Positions 38,684-52,003 of a stretch of 64,000 bases of DNA are shown here, one piece after another. The notes beneath the pieces were generated by a model. That model was given only the letters and a program-made list of their open reading frames with translations. It was not told where the DNA came from and did not search any database. The stretch is taken from NCBI GenBank assembly GCA_951406725.2, contig OX597818.1, forward strand, positions 62,248,001-62,312,000. The letters run 5' to 3'. Origin of the DNA: Octopus vulgaris. Lineage: Eukaryota. Position numbers and translations under genes: made by a program. Positions within the stretch are counted from its first letter, which is position 1. Each line of letters starts with the position of its first letter.

Positions 38684-38769
38684 TGCAGTAGGACCGTTTC
38701 AAGTCGCTCCATTTAATTGAACAATGCAATCATTGCATCAATTTTAATGCAGAGCTATCATCAGCTGCA
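38684..38769 (-). ncRNA. Type I HHR motif with long stem II (degenerate)
   Basis: tgcag-CTGATGA-tagctc...gagcgactt-GAAA-cggtcc-TA-ctgca. Confidence 0.6.
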
Positions 38770-39444
38770 CAAATAAATAGAATTTTAATCAGTTGGACAC
38801 ATTAATATAATTTTTCTTAAATATTTTATCAGACCAAGAAGATGGAAGAAATTCATGTTGCCACTATTGCAGTTACGAATAGATTACACTTCCAAGGAAG
38901 GCATGAAGCCCTCTGGGGGTCATATCTTGTAAATTATTGTGGCTCATTTCTAATTTATTTGTCTTTTTATCAACTACTAAATCTAAGATTAGAGGACTGT
39001 ATATATATATATATATATACGGCAAAAAAAAATATCGTAGAATTTAACTGACTTATATTTTATGCCATAACGATGTTTGCCATTTACTTCCTAAGGCGTT
39101 CCTCTCGTGCCGCAGAGTCTGATAATATTATTGAAATAAATATACCAAACTGGCTACGTATATTGAAAATCTCTCGGTCAATGAAGTTCCCGTCTGCGAT
39201 GAATGATAAAACGACAGACGCGAGATTGTATCAAAGTCTGAGAAATTATTGCAGTGTCTCCAAGGTAGAAAATATAAAAGACACATTTTTTAAAAAGTTC
39301 ACTTCATCGTATATTGGTATATGTGTGTGTGCACGCGCGTGTTTGTGTGTATACGTACACATACATACACATATACATATAAACAAATATAGGCGTATAT
39401 ATTGTGTATGCATACATGTATGTATGTGTGTGTATGTATATGTA

Positions 39445-39503
<59 letters not shown>

Positions 39504-39949
39504 TTGGAATTTACAAAAGAGCAAAACAAAATATAAAGACGGGTGTGTAAACAACAAACAGATGTATTAGTTTAACGCTCGAGAAGTGAGAAAGTCTTTT
39601 ACGTTTCGAGCCGACGCTCTTCCCGTATGCATCTGTCTTATCAATGAATCTATATATATCTTCACACAAACATACATGCGCATATATATACACAGACACA
39701 GACAAACAGACACACCCACATACACACACACTCTCTCTCCCACTCTCCCCCGATCTCCCCCTTTCTCTCACATAAACACACGCACAAATACATGCTTCAA
39801 TTTTCTGGTTTCTGGGTTGAACTATGAGACATCGGACCAAGTGCTAGTGGTTCTTGTTCTGCCCCTTTGCGTACCTATAGACTTAAACCGTCACTATATT
39901 GAACTCTCAACTTTGGTACTTTGGGGGTTTTCTTGGCCCCTACTCTATT

Positions 39950-40082
39950 GCAGTATAGCAATACTTAGATTATCGCGGGTGTTACGTTTCAAAAAAACCC
40001 GCGATCGGTGATAATCCGCGAAGTAGAAACAGCACTGTACTGTATATTTTTTTATTATCGTAATTTGTATATACTTATTTTA
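39950..40082. mobile_element. Tigger/pogo-type terminal fragment
   Basis: ttatcgcgg...cgcgat..gtga..atccgcgaagta resembles the end at 59140. Confidence 0.55.
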
Positions 40083-40385
40083 GTGGAGGCACATAGCCTA
40101 GTGGTTAGGGAAGCGAAGTAGCGGTAGTGGGGTCGCAGGTTCGAATCTCAGACCGGGCGATGCGTGTATTTATGAGCGAATCACCTAAGCTCCACGCGGC
40201 TCCGGCAGAAGATAATTGCGAACTTCTGCTGACTCTTTCGCCACAACCTTTTCTCATTCTTTCCTCCTGCATCTTGCAGCTCACCTGTGACAGACCGGTG
40301 TCCTGTCCAGGTGGAGGGCCTATGTGCCAATGAAATCGGGAAACCGGTCCTTATTAGCCAGGAATGGCTCGAGAAAGAACAAACC
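40083..40385 (+). mobile_element. tRNA SINE, head B + core B + tail Z
   Basis: Head and core match 29176; different tail (ctgtgacagaccggtgtcctgtccagg...). Confidence 0.82.
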
Positions 40386-41499
40386 TAGTCGTTTTTCAAA
40401 AGAGACCGATAGAATAAGTACTAGGCTTACAAGGAATAAGTCCTGGGGTCGATTTGTTCGAACAAAGGCGGTGCTCCAGCATGACCGCAGTCAATTTGAC
40501 TGAAACAAGTAAACGAAGAGAAAAGAATAATATATATAAACACACACACACTTTATGAATATATTATATATGTATGTATTTATGAGTATATATGTATATA
40601 GATATAATGATTTGTTTTTGTTCTCGGTTCTCAACTATTCATGTGTGTTTATGTGTGTATGTGCGCGTGTATGAGTTTATATAGATGTTTGTAAACAGAT
40701 AGCGAAATATGTAAATATATTTATGAGTAGGTATTTATTTATCGATAAGTTTGTATTTGGAAATACTCTAACAAACTTGGCGCCAATCACCGTACGTTTG
40801 CTTTACAAGTAACTTTTCTTTCAAGTGTGAAAAATAATAACATGTTAGCTTATTCGCTTTATTTTTTTTACTTTGGGCCTGCTTCTTTAAATTTATATAT
40901 TCCCTAAAACACTGCGGTATAAATATCGTGTTTTTAAATTGTGTAAACAACAGCAACAACAACAACAACAATAACAACAACAACGACAACAACATAATCT
41001 ATTGAAATCGCTATAAGGTATTGGCTTATTGGTGCCTTAAGCAACTGATGTTTGAAAATAATTGCCAGAGCTTAATGAGGTTAATGGTGTATCGAAAATA
41101 TGTCTATTCGAGAAGAAAAAAATGAAACGAAACAACCTAATACGTAAAGGAAGAAAAAAAAACAACACAACTAAAGATAATAAAACAAAAACAAAACAAA
41201 TAAACAGGAAAAGAAGTAGATTTGATGATAGTGGCGGTGGTAATGATGATAGAGGTGGTTGTGAAGAAATTAGAGAATAGCAGTATATAGTATAGATGGT
41301 GGCTTATGGCTTATCAGAGTCAAATTCCTGAGAAATGAGAAGGTCGTTATTTTAATTAAATTGCCTTTGGGGGAGAAACGATATTTTCCAACATTTTCAT
41401 TGAAATAAATAAATGAAAATTGAAACTCATCTAAACTTTACGGTTTTATTTCAAACCTGAAATAAGCGGAGCTGTGCAACGGATAACTTCTTGGTTTAG

Positions 41500-42135
41500 G
41501 CTGTGAGCTGGCAGAAACGTTAGCACGCCGGGCGAAATTCTTAGCGGTATTTCGTCTGCCGTTACGTTCTGAGTTCGAATTCCGCCGAGGTCGACTTTGC
41601 CTTTCAACCTTTCGGGGTCGATGAATTAAGTACCAGTTACGCACTGGGGTCGATATAATCAACTTAATCCATTTGTCTGTCCTTGTTTGTCCCCTTTTGT
41701 GTTTAGCCCCTTGTGGGTAGCAAACAAATAGGTATTTCGTCTGCCGCTACGTTCTGAGTTCAAATTCCACCGAGGTCGACTTTGCTTTTCATCATTTCGG
41801 GTTTGATAAATTAAATACCAGTTGCGTACTTGGATCGGTCTAATCGACTGGCCCCCTCCCCTAAAATTTCGAGCCTTGTGCCTAGAGTAGAAAAGAATAT
41901 ATTAAGTGCTTTAAGGCGGCGAGCTAGCAGAATCGTTAGCACGCCGGGCGAAACGCTTAGCGATATTTCTTCTGTCTTTACGTTCTGAGTTCAAATTCCG
42001 CCGAGGACGACTTTGCTAATCAGCCTTTCGGGGCTGATAAATTAAGTACCAGTTGCGTAGTGAGGTCGATGTAATCGTCTGCCCGCCCCCACCTTCCCCC
42101 CAAATTTCGGGCCTTGTGCCTAGAGTAGAAAATGA
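41500..42135 (+). mobile_element. Two consecutive SINE family B copies
   Basis: Heads at ~41500 and ~41915. Confidence 0.88.
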
Positions 42136-42194
42136 TAGCTTCTTGGTTTTGAGTCAAATTGCCAGACAAACAGTTTCTGTTTTCTTTGTTGTCC

Positions 42195-42450
42195 CTTTTA
42201 CTTGCTTCAGTTATTAGACAGTGGCCATGCTGGGGCATGGTCTGGAAGAAGTTTTAGTCGAACGAATCTACCCCAGAACCTGTTATTTGTTGTAAAGCCT
42301 GGTACTTATTCTGTTGGGCCCTTTTCTTGAACCGCTAAGTTGCAGAGACATAAACACATCAATACCGGTTGTCAAACGCAGATGGTGGACAAACACAGAG
42401 ACAAAGTCACACACATACGTGTATATATATATATATATGTGCACAAAAAC

Positions 42451-42516
<66 letters not shown>

Positions 42517-43085
42517 ATGTATGTATACGATGGTTTATTTCAGTTTCCGTCAACGATATCCATTCCTAAGATTTGTTCGCCTCGGGGCTATTGTAGAAAA
42601 CATTTGCCGAAGGTGCTACGCAGTGGAACTGAACCCAGGACCATATGCTTGGGAAGGAAGGTTCTTACGCCTATCTCTCTTTTACACTTTTACTTGTTTC
42701 AGTCATTTGACTGCGGCCATGCTGGATCACCACCTTTAGTCGAGCAAATCGACCCCCGGGACTTATTCTTTGTAAGCCCAGTACTTATTCTATCGATCTC
42801 TTTTGCCGAACCGCTAAGTGACGGGGACGTAAACACACCAGCATCGGTTGTCAAGCAATGTTAGGGGGACAAACACAGACACACAAACACACACACACAC
42901 ACACATATATATACATATATACGACAAGCTTCTTTCAGTTTCCGTCTACCAAATCCACTCACAAGGCATTGGTCGGCCCGGGGCTATAGCAGAAGACACT
43001 TGCCCAAGATGTCACGCAGTGGGACTGAACCCGGAACCATGTGGTTGGTTAGCAAGCTACTTACCACACAGCCACTCCTGCGCCT
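42195..43085 (-). mobile_element. Two consecutive SINE family A copies (old 42195-42672, young 42686-43085)
   Basis: Young copy nearly identical to 8388-8790 and 59858-60266. Confidence 0.9.
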
Positions 43086-44126
43086 GTTCCTTTTTGTTTT
43101 ATTTTAGGTAAGTTTCGTTCTTCTACGTCACCAGTGTTCCTTATAGAAGAATTTTGACTAATACCGTGCTAGAGATAATCATTTCCTAAGCAGGCACAAA
43201 GCCGAGGCTCCCTAAATTTTATAGGCTGTGGTACAGTCAATTGCATCGCCCTTGGAACCTTTATCATAACCCCTAAAAAATGAAAGGTTAAAAAGTCTAA
43301 CTCGCAGGGATTCGAAATCAGACTGAAAACAACAGTAGCTAAATAACATGGTGTAGATGTAGGCGTCTTCGAAACAAAACTAGTTCTCCTCCTTTCAAGG
43401 TTTATGGATGCGTCTACCTCGCAGCAGGAAACGCAGATGGGGGCAGCAGCCTCATCCTCCCTCATTTACCAAATGTCACATATCAGAGGAGGCGGCAAGT
43501 AGTGGGCGTGTAACAAGGCTAATAGCAGTGTCCCAGCATGGCCGCAACTCTGAAGCTGAAACTAGCTAAAGTCAAAGAGCTTATCATATTAATCTCTTAG
43601 CAAAAGTATCACGATTTTGCGGGGGATGGTCGTAGTGGTGGGGATTATAGTCAATGGAATCGACCCAAGTGGATGAATGAACTCTTATTAACAGGGAGGA
43701 AAAATGAATGTTGACTTCAAAGAGATTCGAACGTGAAGAGCTGTAAGTAATTTTGTTGAGTGCTCTAATGATTCTGGCACTGCGCCGTACATAAAAACCT
43801 CTGTATAACCATAAAAGTCATCAAGCTTCCCTGATAGGGTGTTGTCTCCTTAGCCAGGGAAGTCGTCTTTCTTTTGCTGTGTATCAAGCGGAAGGAGGCT
43901 GGAAAAAGAGTCTGCTTCCCCAAGAAGTTAATCTCGATGTCCGGAAATTGCTAATCATCAAGTTGTTGTTGCTGTTGATGTTGTTTAGCCACAGGTCAGT
44001 TTCGATCGAGCAGAACTACGACTAAAAGTGCTTAAACATTGACCACTGCATCTTGGTTATTCAAAACTACATTATTTAAAGTGTTTTTCTTAAACGGCAT
44101 AGATTAATACGAGGAATACTAAACTG

Positions 44127-44541
44127 GGATCTTTTCGGTTTGAACGGCAGTTTTTTCTAGCGGTGTCATATGAAATTGTCATCCATAATTATGACCCTAG
44201 AATCGATCTATTGCATTTCAATCTCTTTTAGGGTTAGGGTTAGGGTAGGGGAAGGGTATCTTTTTTCTTCATAAATGTAAATAAACCCAATCTGTTTCTT
44301 AAACGAGGGACATATTCATACGGCACAGAATGCTTTTTAACTCAATAGACGTCACTGACTGGTTGGAATTGCAGAAATTGAAGAAAAAATAACAACAAAT
44401 ATCTTACAAACTATAGAATTTTCTCAATAAAGCCAAGGGAAAAAGATTTTTTATAAACACATTCTACCAGTATACGAAGTTTAAAATTTTTTAGTTACCT
44501 AGAAATTATGTTAAAAACTACCGTTCAAGCCGAAAAGATCC
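44127..44541. mobile_element. MITE/Helentron-like element with ~29-bp inverted ends and internal (TTAGGG)n
   Basis: ggatcttttcggtttgaacggcagttttt / aaaaactaccgttcaagccgaaaagatcc; ttagggttagggttaggg at ~44228. Confidence 0.8.
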
Positions 44542-45126
44542 TTTGACTGTTATTTCTAGCAGATTGATCAACCACAAAGACGTAAAATGGCACGGCTCAG
44601 GATTGAAACCGCATCATCGTCTTAATTTTCAGGCACTTTACGGCAATCCTCTTTACGACACTCAACCGTCATGAAACTTTCCCCTCTTAACCAGGAGTAG
44701 GGAGAGCATAAGAAACTGTGGCGTGCATTTGTAATGAGAATAATAATTACTAATTAATTTAACGAATCCAGAGTCTGAAGCAAGATAAATTAATGTTTTG
44801 GTCTTAAGGCTGAAGAAGTTTTCTTTCTTAATATATAATTAAAAGGCGGCAAATGGATACCCCAACTGTGAAGCACATAGATTCCAGTCAAATGAAAAAT
44901 AATTAATATTTCAAGCCAAATGTGGTCTAACGCTACAGAGTAACTACATAAAACATATGATGAGGCAACAAGGCGATGCGGTTTCGATTTATCATTGAAA
45001 CCATTTCACTTCTCTTCACTTACAGTGATGAAAAAAGAAATGAATGAACATTATTGCTTTCTGCTTTCTCCTCGCATTTATAAGATGTTGAACGGCAATG
45101 AGTCAGCAGGAATATTAACGTGTTGA

Positions 45127-46110
45127 AGGCGGCGAGTTGGCAGAATCGTTTGCACGTCGGGCGAAATGCCTAGCGATATTTTGTCTGCCGCTACGTTCTG
45201 AGTTCAAATTCTGCCGAGGTCGGCTTTGCCTTTCATCCATTCGGGTCGATTAAATAAGTACCAGTTACGCACTGGGGTCGATGTAATCGACTTAATCCGT
45301 TTGTCTGTCCTTGTTTGTCCTCTCTGTGTTTAGCCCCTTGTGGGTAGTAAAGAAATAGGTATTTCGTCTGCCGTTACGTTCTGAGTTCAAATTCCGCCGA
45401 GGTCGACTTTGTCTTTCATCCTTTCGGAGTTGATTAAATAAGTACCAGTTGTGCACTGTGGTCGATGTAATCGATTTAATCTCTTTGTCTGTCCCCTCTA
45501 TATTTAGCCATCTGTGGGCAATAAAGACATACATTCTCACTGGTAGACTAATATTCTTTTCTATTCTGGGTACAAGGCCTGAGATTTTGGGGGAGGGGAC
45601 CAGTTGATTAGATCGACTCCAGTACGCAACTGGTACTTAATTTATCGACCCCGAAAGGATGAAAGGCAAAGTCGACCTCGGATAAATTAAGTACCAGTTA
45701 CACACTGGGGTCAATGTAATCGACTTAACACCTATGTCTGTCCTTGTTTGTACCCTCTGTGTTTAGCCCCTGGTAGGTACATAGAAAAAGGTACTTAATT
45801 TATCGACCCCAAATGGATGAAAGGCAAAGTCGACCTCGGCGGAATTTGAACTCTGATCGTAAAGACAGACGAAATATATATTTCTTTACTACCCACAAGG
45901 AGCTAAACACAGAGAGGACAAACATGGGCAGACAAACGGATTAAGTCGATTATATCGACCCCAGTGCGTAACTGGTACTTATTTAATCGACTCCGAAAGG
46001 ATGAAAGGCAAAGTCGACCTCGCCGGAATTTGAACTCAGAACGTAGCGGCAGACGAAATACGGCTGCGCATTTCGCCCGGCGTGCTAGCGTGTCTGCCAG
46101 CTCGCCGCCT
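45127..46110. mobile_element. Cluster of SINE family B copies in +/-/+/- orientation
   Basis: +45127-45535, -45550-45680, +45681-45790, -45790-46110. Confidence 0.88.
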
Positions 46111-46864
46111 ACCTCAACATAATTATAATAATGGTTTCCTTCGTAAATATTCGTTTCTTTTGAAGATTATGCAAATATTGAGCAGTAAACTGGATTAAGA
46201 AGATAACTATGGACAGCAATACATATTGTCCATTAAAATATACAAAATTGGAATGTATCAGATTCAAATAAACGCAGATTCTTGCTTGCCTCGTTTCGCA
46301 GACACAAGCACTTAAATGTATGTCGTTTTTCTGAATGTTAATAAGTCGTTTTTAAATGTTACTGTTATGCTAATGGAGACGGCTTAACTTGTAGATTGGT
46401 TACGAATGTCAGTAGGTTTTTAATGTTTCGTTGATTTAGTTCAAACATCTTTGAAGAGAACAAATGAACGTTCGATAGAAAGCTACTAATTGGAAAATGC
46501 TTCCCCTTTTAGGTGCAATAAATATTTATTTTATTAACCCTTTAGAGAGATGTCGTGCTTCTGTACTTTTACTTTCTGGATAGCTAATTACGGACGAATT
46601 GGTAAACTAGTTTTCATTGAAAGAATATCGATGATGCTCAGCAACTATCGGCTTCTTTCAATTAAGCAATACGCCGTTACTTTGCTGTGATGGTCAGTGA
46701 ATCGATTTAAGAATATTAATTCAGCACTTCGGATGAAACCAAATAGTACATGGCCTTTGAGCTGACGTTCCAACTGATAGGTTAACGCAACAGGGGAAAC
46801 CAACAGGGCGAACGTCTTTGCGCATGTCTAAGTCCAGTGGGAGTGATCTTCGCGATCAGTTGAC

Positions 46865-47282
46865 CTCTTTACTCTTTACTCGTTATTCTTTTACTTGTTT
46901 CATTCATTGGACTGCGGCCATGCTGGAGCATCGCATTTAGTCATGCAAATAAACCCCTGGGCTTATTCTTTGTAAGCCTAGTACTTATTCTATCGGTTTC
47001 TTTTGCCGAACCGCTAAGTTACGGGGACGTAAACACACCACCATCGGTTCTCAAGCGATGTTGGGAGGACAAACACAGACACACAAACATATACACACAT
47101 ACATATACATATACATATATACGACGGGCTTCCTTCAGTTTCCGTCTACCAAATTCACTCACTTGGCTTTGGTCAGCCCGAGGCTATAGTAGAAGACACT
47201 TGCCCAAAGTGACACGCAGTGGGACTGAACCCAGAACCATATGGTTCGTAAGCAAGTTACTTACCACACAGCCACTCCTGCA
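46865..47282 (-). mobile_element. SINE family A
   Basis: Full copy. Confidence 0.9.
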
Positions 47283-47570
47283 ATAAATAATAATAATAAT
47301 AATAATAATAATGATAATAATGATAATAATAATAATAATAATAATGATAATAATAATAATAATAATAATGATAATAATAATAATGGTAACAACAACAACA
47401 TCGAAAAATACTTTAGGAATGAGAACCCAGGTTCGAAATTTCCCCAAAATACCTGATGAAGGCTGGAGGGTATATCAGCCGAAGCGTTGTGTTAACAACA
47501 AACTAGATGAGGACAAATATCCGTCTAATGTAAATAATGTAAATAATGTACGAAATCTCATCTCCTCAAA
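47283..47570 (+). mobile_element. Penelope F1 terminal module ((AAT)n + HHR at 47449-47492)
   Basis: atac-CTGATGA-a-ggctg...cagcc-GAAG-cg-TT-gtgt (GAAA changed to GAAG). Confidence 0.85.
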
Positions 47571-47633
47571 ACAGATTCTAGGGTTGATTTTCTTTAGATT
47601 TATTTTGTTGTTTTTGTTGCTGTTGACATTTAA

Positions 47634-48133
47634 CCCATTGACTGCCAAATTTTTTTATTCATATTTCTTGGCTATGCCAGGTTTCTTTGGAGTTAAAATA
47701 ATATATAACATTTAAATTTTCTTCACATGTGGATTATTTTGAAAATTAAGATAAATTTTTTGAAAAGTCCCAAATGGGGATCGCTAAACAAAAAAAAAAG
47801 CATATTTATCATTTTGTAATCAGTTGCAGTAAGAAACATTTTAGCTTTTTTGAAACTATTACTTCAAATGCGAATGTGTATGAAATATCAATGAATGCTA
47901 TAGATGGGAGATGCAAAAAAAAAAAGCCTTTTCAGAACAGTCAATATTTTTGAAGTTAAAAAATGGCGATTTATGACATAAAATGTCCACTAGAATTAAC
48001 CAGAGCTAATAATGACAAACTTTAACCTCTAAATATTGTTAAACACACCTCTGCAAATGCTATGTGTATAATAAATTCACTTTAAACACAACAAACAACC
48101 GTTTTTAGCAGATCCCCAAATGGCAGGCAAACG
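47634..48133. mobile_element. piggyBac-like MITE
   Basis: TTAA|cccattgactgcca ... tggcaggcaaacg|TTAA. Confidence 0.7.
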
Positions 48134-48644
48134 TTAAAAAGACACCTTGATGGGGTCATTTAAAACGAAATTTCTCGCGACAAATTTTCCCTCGGTAAAA
48201 ATGTTTATGGTCAACTCTTCATCAGTCTTGATTAGGTCAGCTCCTTACCATTCCAGCCAAGATTATCTCTCATTCTTTGACACAGTGTAAATTGGATTAC
48301 ATTATCCCGAAGTGTTTATATTCTTTTTTTAGAGAGTGGGATATAATTTGAGCGAAACTTGGCTGCTATTTCTAACAGGCTGAGCGACTACGCACAAGGT
48401 CTTCCTCTTGGCTCATTTCGATTAATCGGTGCCGTATGCAGTGAAACACGTCACTGTAACTATTGGTCATTGGTCACAATAAAGCATTGAAGAGTGAATC
48501 GATGGCTTCTAACACTGAAAGCTATTCATCACACGAGAAAGGAGCGAACCTCTACGTTGCTGAACCACATGGTTAAAAATAGCAGCTAAATCTCCCTACC
48601 GTCACACTACAGCACAAAAAGAAAACGCTATTCTATATACACGG

Positions 48645-48878
48645 AAGGCGGCGAGCAGGCAGAATCGTTAGCACACCGGGCAAAATACATAGCCGTATTT
48701 CGTCTGCCGCTACGTTCTGAGTTCAAATTCCGTCGAGGTCGACTTTGCCTTTCATCCTTTCGGGGCCGATAAATTAAGTACCAGTTACGCACTGGGGTCG
48801 ATGTAGTCGACTTAATCCGTTTGTCTGTCCTTGTTTGTCCCTTCTGTGTTTAGCCCCTTGGTGGGTAGTAAAGAAATA
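48645..48878 (+). mobile_element. SINE family B with 18-bp TSD
   Basis: TSD gctattctatatacacgg at 48627-48644 and 48879-48896. Confidence 0.95.
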
Positions 48879-49419
48879 GCTATTCTATATACACGGGTTG
48901 CAAAAAATACAGGATGGTCACGGCTGAAAGGCTTTTAACCATAGGTCGCTTCGATCAGAATTGAACTGGATTTGAGCAATATCAGTAAACTGCAGACGAT
49001 AGAAAGGAGTTCAATCCACAGCAGTTCTGGGAACATTGAAGGCTACTTGTTTGCGAGTGCTTGTTGTGTAGGTTATTGTTATTAAAAAAAATTGACCGGT
49101 GTAGTATTAACTTCTAAGCATGGCTACATGATAACCGAGTGGTTAATAAGTTCGCTTTGATTCCACGAGGTTATGCTTCCGGGTTACAGGAAATTTTGCC
49201 ATAAGCAGTTTTGCAGAGGGAAAATTTGTCGCGAGAAATTTCGTTTTACAGGACTTCATCACAGGGTCTTTTTTTTCTTTTTAATGTTTGACGTTGAATA
49301 AGGCTTCTATAAAAGAGTTTATCATTCTTGAAAATAATGCTTATAAAATACGCTTTATCGGTCTGGGAATCGAAACCGCGATTCCGTTGCCCGAACCCTG
49401 GGACATTGCACCTCCATGA

Positions 49420-49527
<108 letters not shown>

Positions 49528-49749
49528 TAATCAATATAGGGTGGCAAAAATTTTGTAGAATTTTTTTGCCACCAGCGGCCTAGCGGGAAAAAAATTAAAT
49601 AGTCATAGACCATTTATAAATTCAACATCACGATCAAGGAACAGCCATAATAGGCCATTCACCCACTAGAAATAACAGCCAAAGCTTTCAACCGCAAAAT
49701 AACATCAATTCCGTAAACAGGAGAAAATTAAAAAAACGTTTACCCTGTA

Positions 49750-49857
49750 ATTTCTTATACGATGCACCGTTTCGTCTACTGTTTAATGGTAAAACTAACC
49801 TGATTAAATTAAATCAAGCCAATCTTCCATAGGCCCTTAGATTCATCAGTAAGAAAT
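49750..49857 (-). ncRNA. Type I HHR (left-arm copy)
   Basis: Reverse complement of 50594-50701. Confidence 0.85.
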
Positions 49858-50593
49858 AGCCATATCGGAACAGATATTTTCACGAGGCATTTCTGTTGCT
49901 GCCTCGACAATATCTGACCTAAAATTTTCAAATCATCAGACTCGCGCCAAATTTATCGGCAGCAAATAAATATAAGCCGCCGATTCCATTACGGAATTAA
50001 CCAGAAAATTCATAATTAATCAATATAGGGTGGCAAAAAATTTTGTAGAATTTTTTTGCCACCAGCGGCCTAGCGGGAAAAAATTAAATAGTCATAGACC
50101 ATTTATAAATTCGACATCACGATCAAGGAACAGCCATAATAGGCCATTCACCCACTAGAAATAACAGCCAAAGCTTTCAACCGCAAAATAACATCAATTC
50201 CGTAAACAGGAGAAAATTAAAAAACGTTTTTTTAATTTTCTCCTGTTTACGGAATTGATGTTATTTTGCGGTTGAAAGCTTTGGCTGTTATTTCTAGTGG
50301 GTGAATGGCCTATTATGGCTGTTCCTTGATCGTGATGTCGAATTTATAAATGGTCTATGACTATTTAATTTTTTCCCGCTAGTTGCTGGTGGCAAAAAAA
50401 TTCTACAAAATTTTTTGCCACCCTATATTGATTAATTATGAATTTTCTGGTTAATTCCGTAATGGAATCGGCGGCTTATATTTATTTGCTGCCGATAAAT
50501 TTGGCGCGAGTCTGATGATTTGAAAATTTTAGGTCAGATATTGTCGAGGCAGCAACAGAAATGCCTCGTGAAAATATCTGTTCCGATATGGCT

Positions 50594-50701
50594 ATTTCTT
50601 ACTGATGAATCTAAGGGCCTATGGAAGATTGGCTTGATTTAATTTAATCAGGTTAGTTTTACCATTAAACAGTAGACGAAACGGTGCATCGTATAAGAAA
50701 T
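50594..50701 (+). ncRNA. Type I HHR with 8-bp stem I and extended stem II
   Basis: atttctta-CTGATGA-atcta...tagac-GAAA-cggtgcatcg-TA-taagaaat; predicted GUA cleavage after 50693. Confidence 0.88.
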
Positions 50702-50890
50702 TGCAGGGTAAACGTTTTTTTAATTTTCTCCTGTTTACGGAATTGATGTTATTTTGCGGTTGAAAGCTTTGGCTGTTATTTCTAGTGGGTGAATGGCCTA
50801 TTATGGCTGTTCCTTGATCGTGATGATATATATATATATATATATATACATATATATACATATATATACATATATATATACATACATATA

Positions 50891-50923
<33 letters not shown>

Positions 50924-51037
50924 TTGGTGAAATAGAAAGATGAATAATCTTGTGCAGAAGATTTAGCTGCTATTTTTAACCATGTGGTTCAGCAACGTAG
51001 AGGTTCTCTCCTTTCTCGTGTGCGGAATTCCTGTTTC

Positions 51038-51117
51038 TTCCTGAAGAGAAAGACACAATATGGGCTCCTTATTCAATCGGAATTTGGTAAATTGTGGCTT
51101 TCGAAACACGTGTAGAA
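51038..51117 (+). ncRNA. Type I HHR, family F3, in PLE end fragment 51023-51180
   Basis: ttc-CTGAAGA-gaaagacacaat...attgtggctttc-GAAA-cacgtg-TA-gaa. Confidence 0.8.
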
Positions 51118-51261
51118 TGCAATAAAAGGATTTCTGTTCAATCTTCGTTCAATTCCATTTCATCAATTCACTAATAATATTATATATATATACATATATA
51201 CATATATATATACATATATATATATACATATATATATATATACATATATACATATATATAT

Positions 51262-51294
<33 letters not shown>

Positions 51295-51307
51295 TATATA
51301 TTTGTAC

Positions 51308-51344
<37 letters not shown>

Positions 51345-51377
51345 CATATATACATATATATATACATATATATATAG

Positions 51378-51413
<36 letters not shown>

Positions 51414-51415
<2 letters not shown>

Positions 51416-52003
51416 ACTTAGAATAACTTAGAAAGGTTTTGGCCAGTATTGGCCCAGGCCATGTCTAACTTAATAGCACCACCTGGCGAAGTCTTTCAGT
51501 TCAGGATTTGGGCACCAAGGCTCATTCGAGCAGAGAGTTATTGTTTGCGGAGACATATCCGGGTGTGGGTGGTTTGTCCGGTACTGTTTGAAGGAATTTG
51601 TCCAAAGACTTCTTGAATTTTGTGTGGTCAGTTTCTTTTTTGACGTGTCCTGGTGTAACGTTGAAGAGAGCGGGTCCAATTGAGGTGAAATAGTTGTGCC
51701 GTATTGTCGTTATGTGATGCGATTTAGAATTTTGTTGTGGACGGATGGCACGTGGTCCAAGCCTTGGATGCATTTTGAAGGTGATGCCAACATCATTCGG
51801 ACAGTGCTGGTGGAATATTTTCCACATCATACAGATAATGTAGCGTTCACGGCGTCGTTGGAGTGAATACAATTTCAGCTTCTCTAGTCTACCCCAGTAG
51901 TCAAGGTCTGACATGCCATCTATCTTTTTTGTGATTGACCTTTGGGGAGCTTCAATTCTCATAATATTTTGTTTTGTGTAGGGAGACCACAGTGAACAGC
52001 AGT
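51414..52003 (-). mobile_element. 5'-truncated CR1-clade LINE (ORF2 C-terminus, ORF 51522-51962)
   Basis: YCCSLWSP...YWGRLEKLKLYSLQRRRERY...GPALFN...FKKSLDKFLQTVPDKP...NSLLE; tandem ttctaagtta tail; TA on both sides. Confidence 0.92.

Noticed and set aside
50508-50540. Second CTGATGA...GAAA within the 489-bp unit
   Set aside because: Only 3 nt between the boxes and no stem I; part of a hairpin
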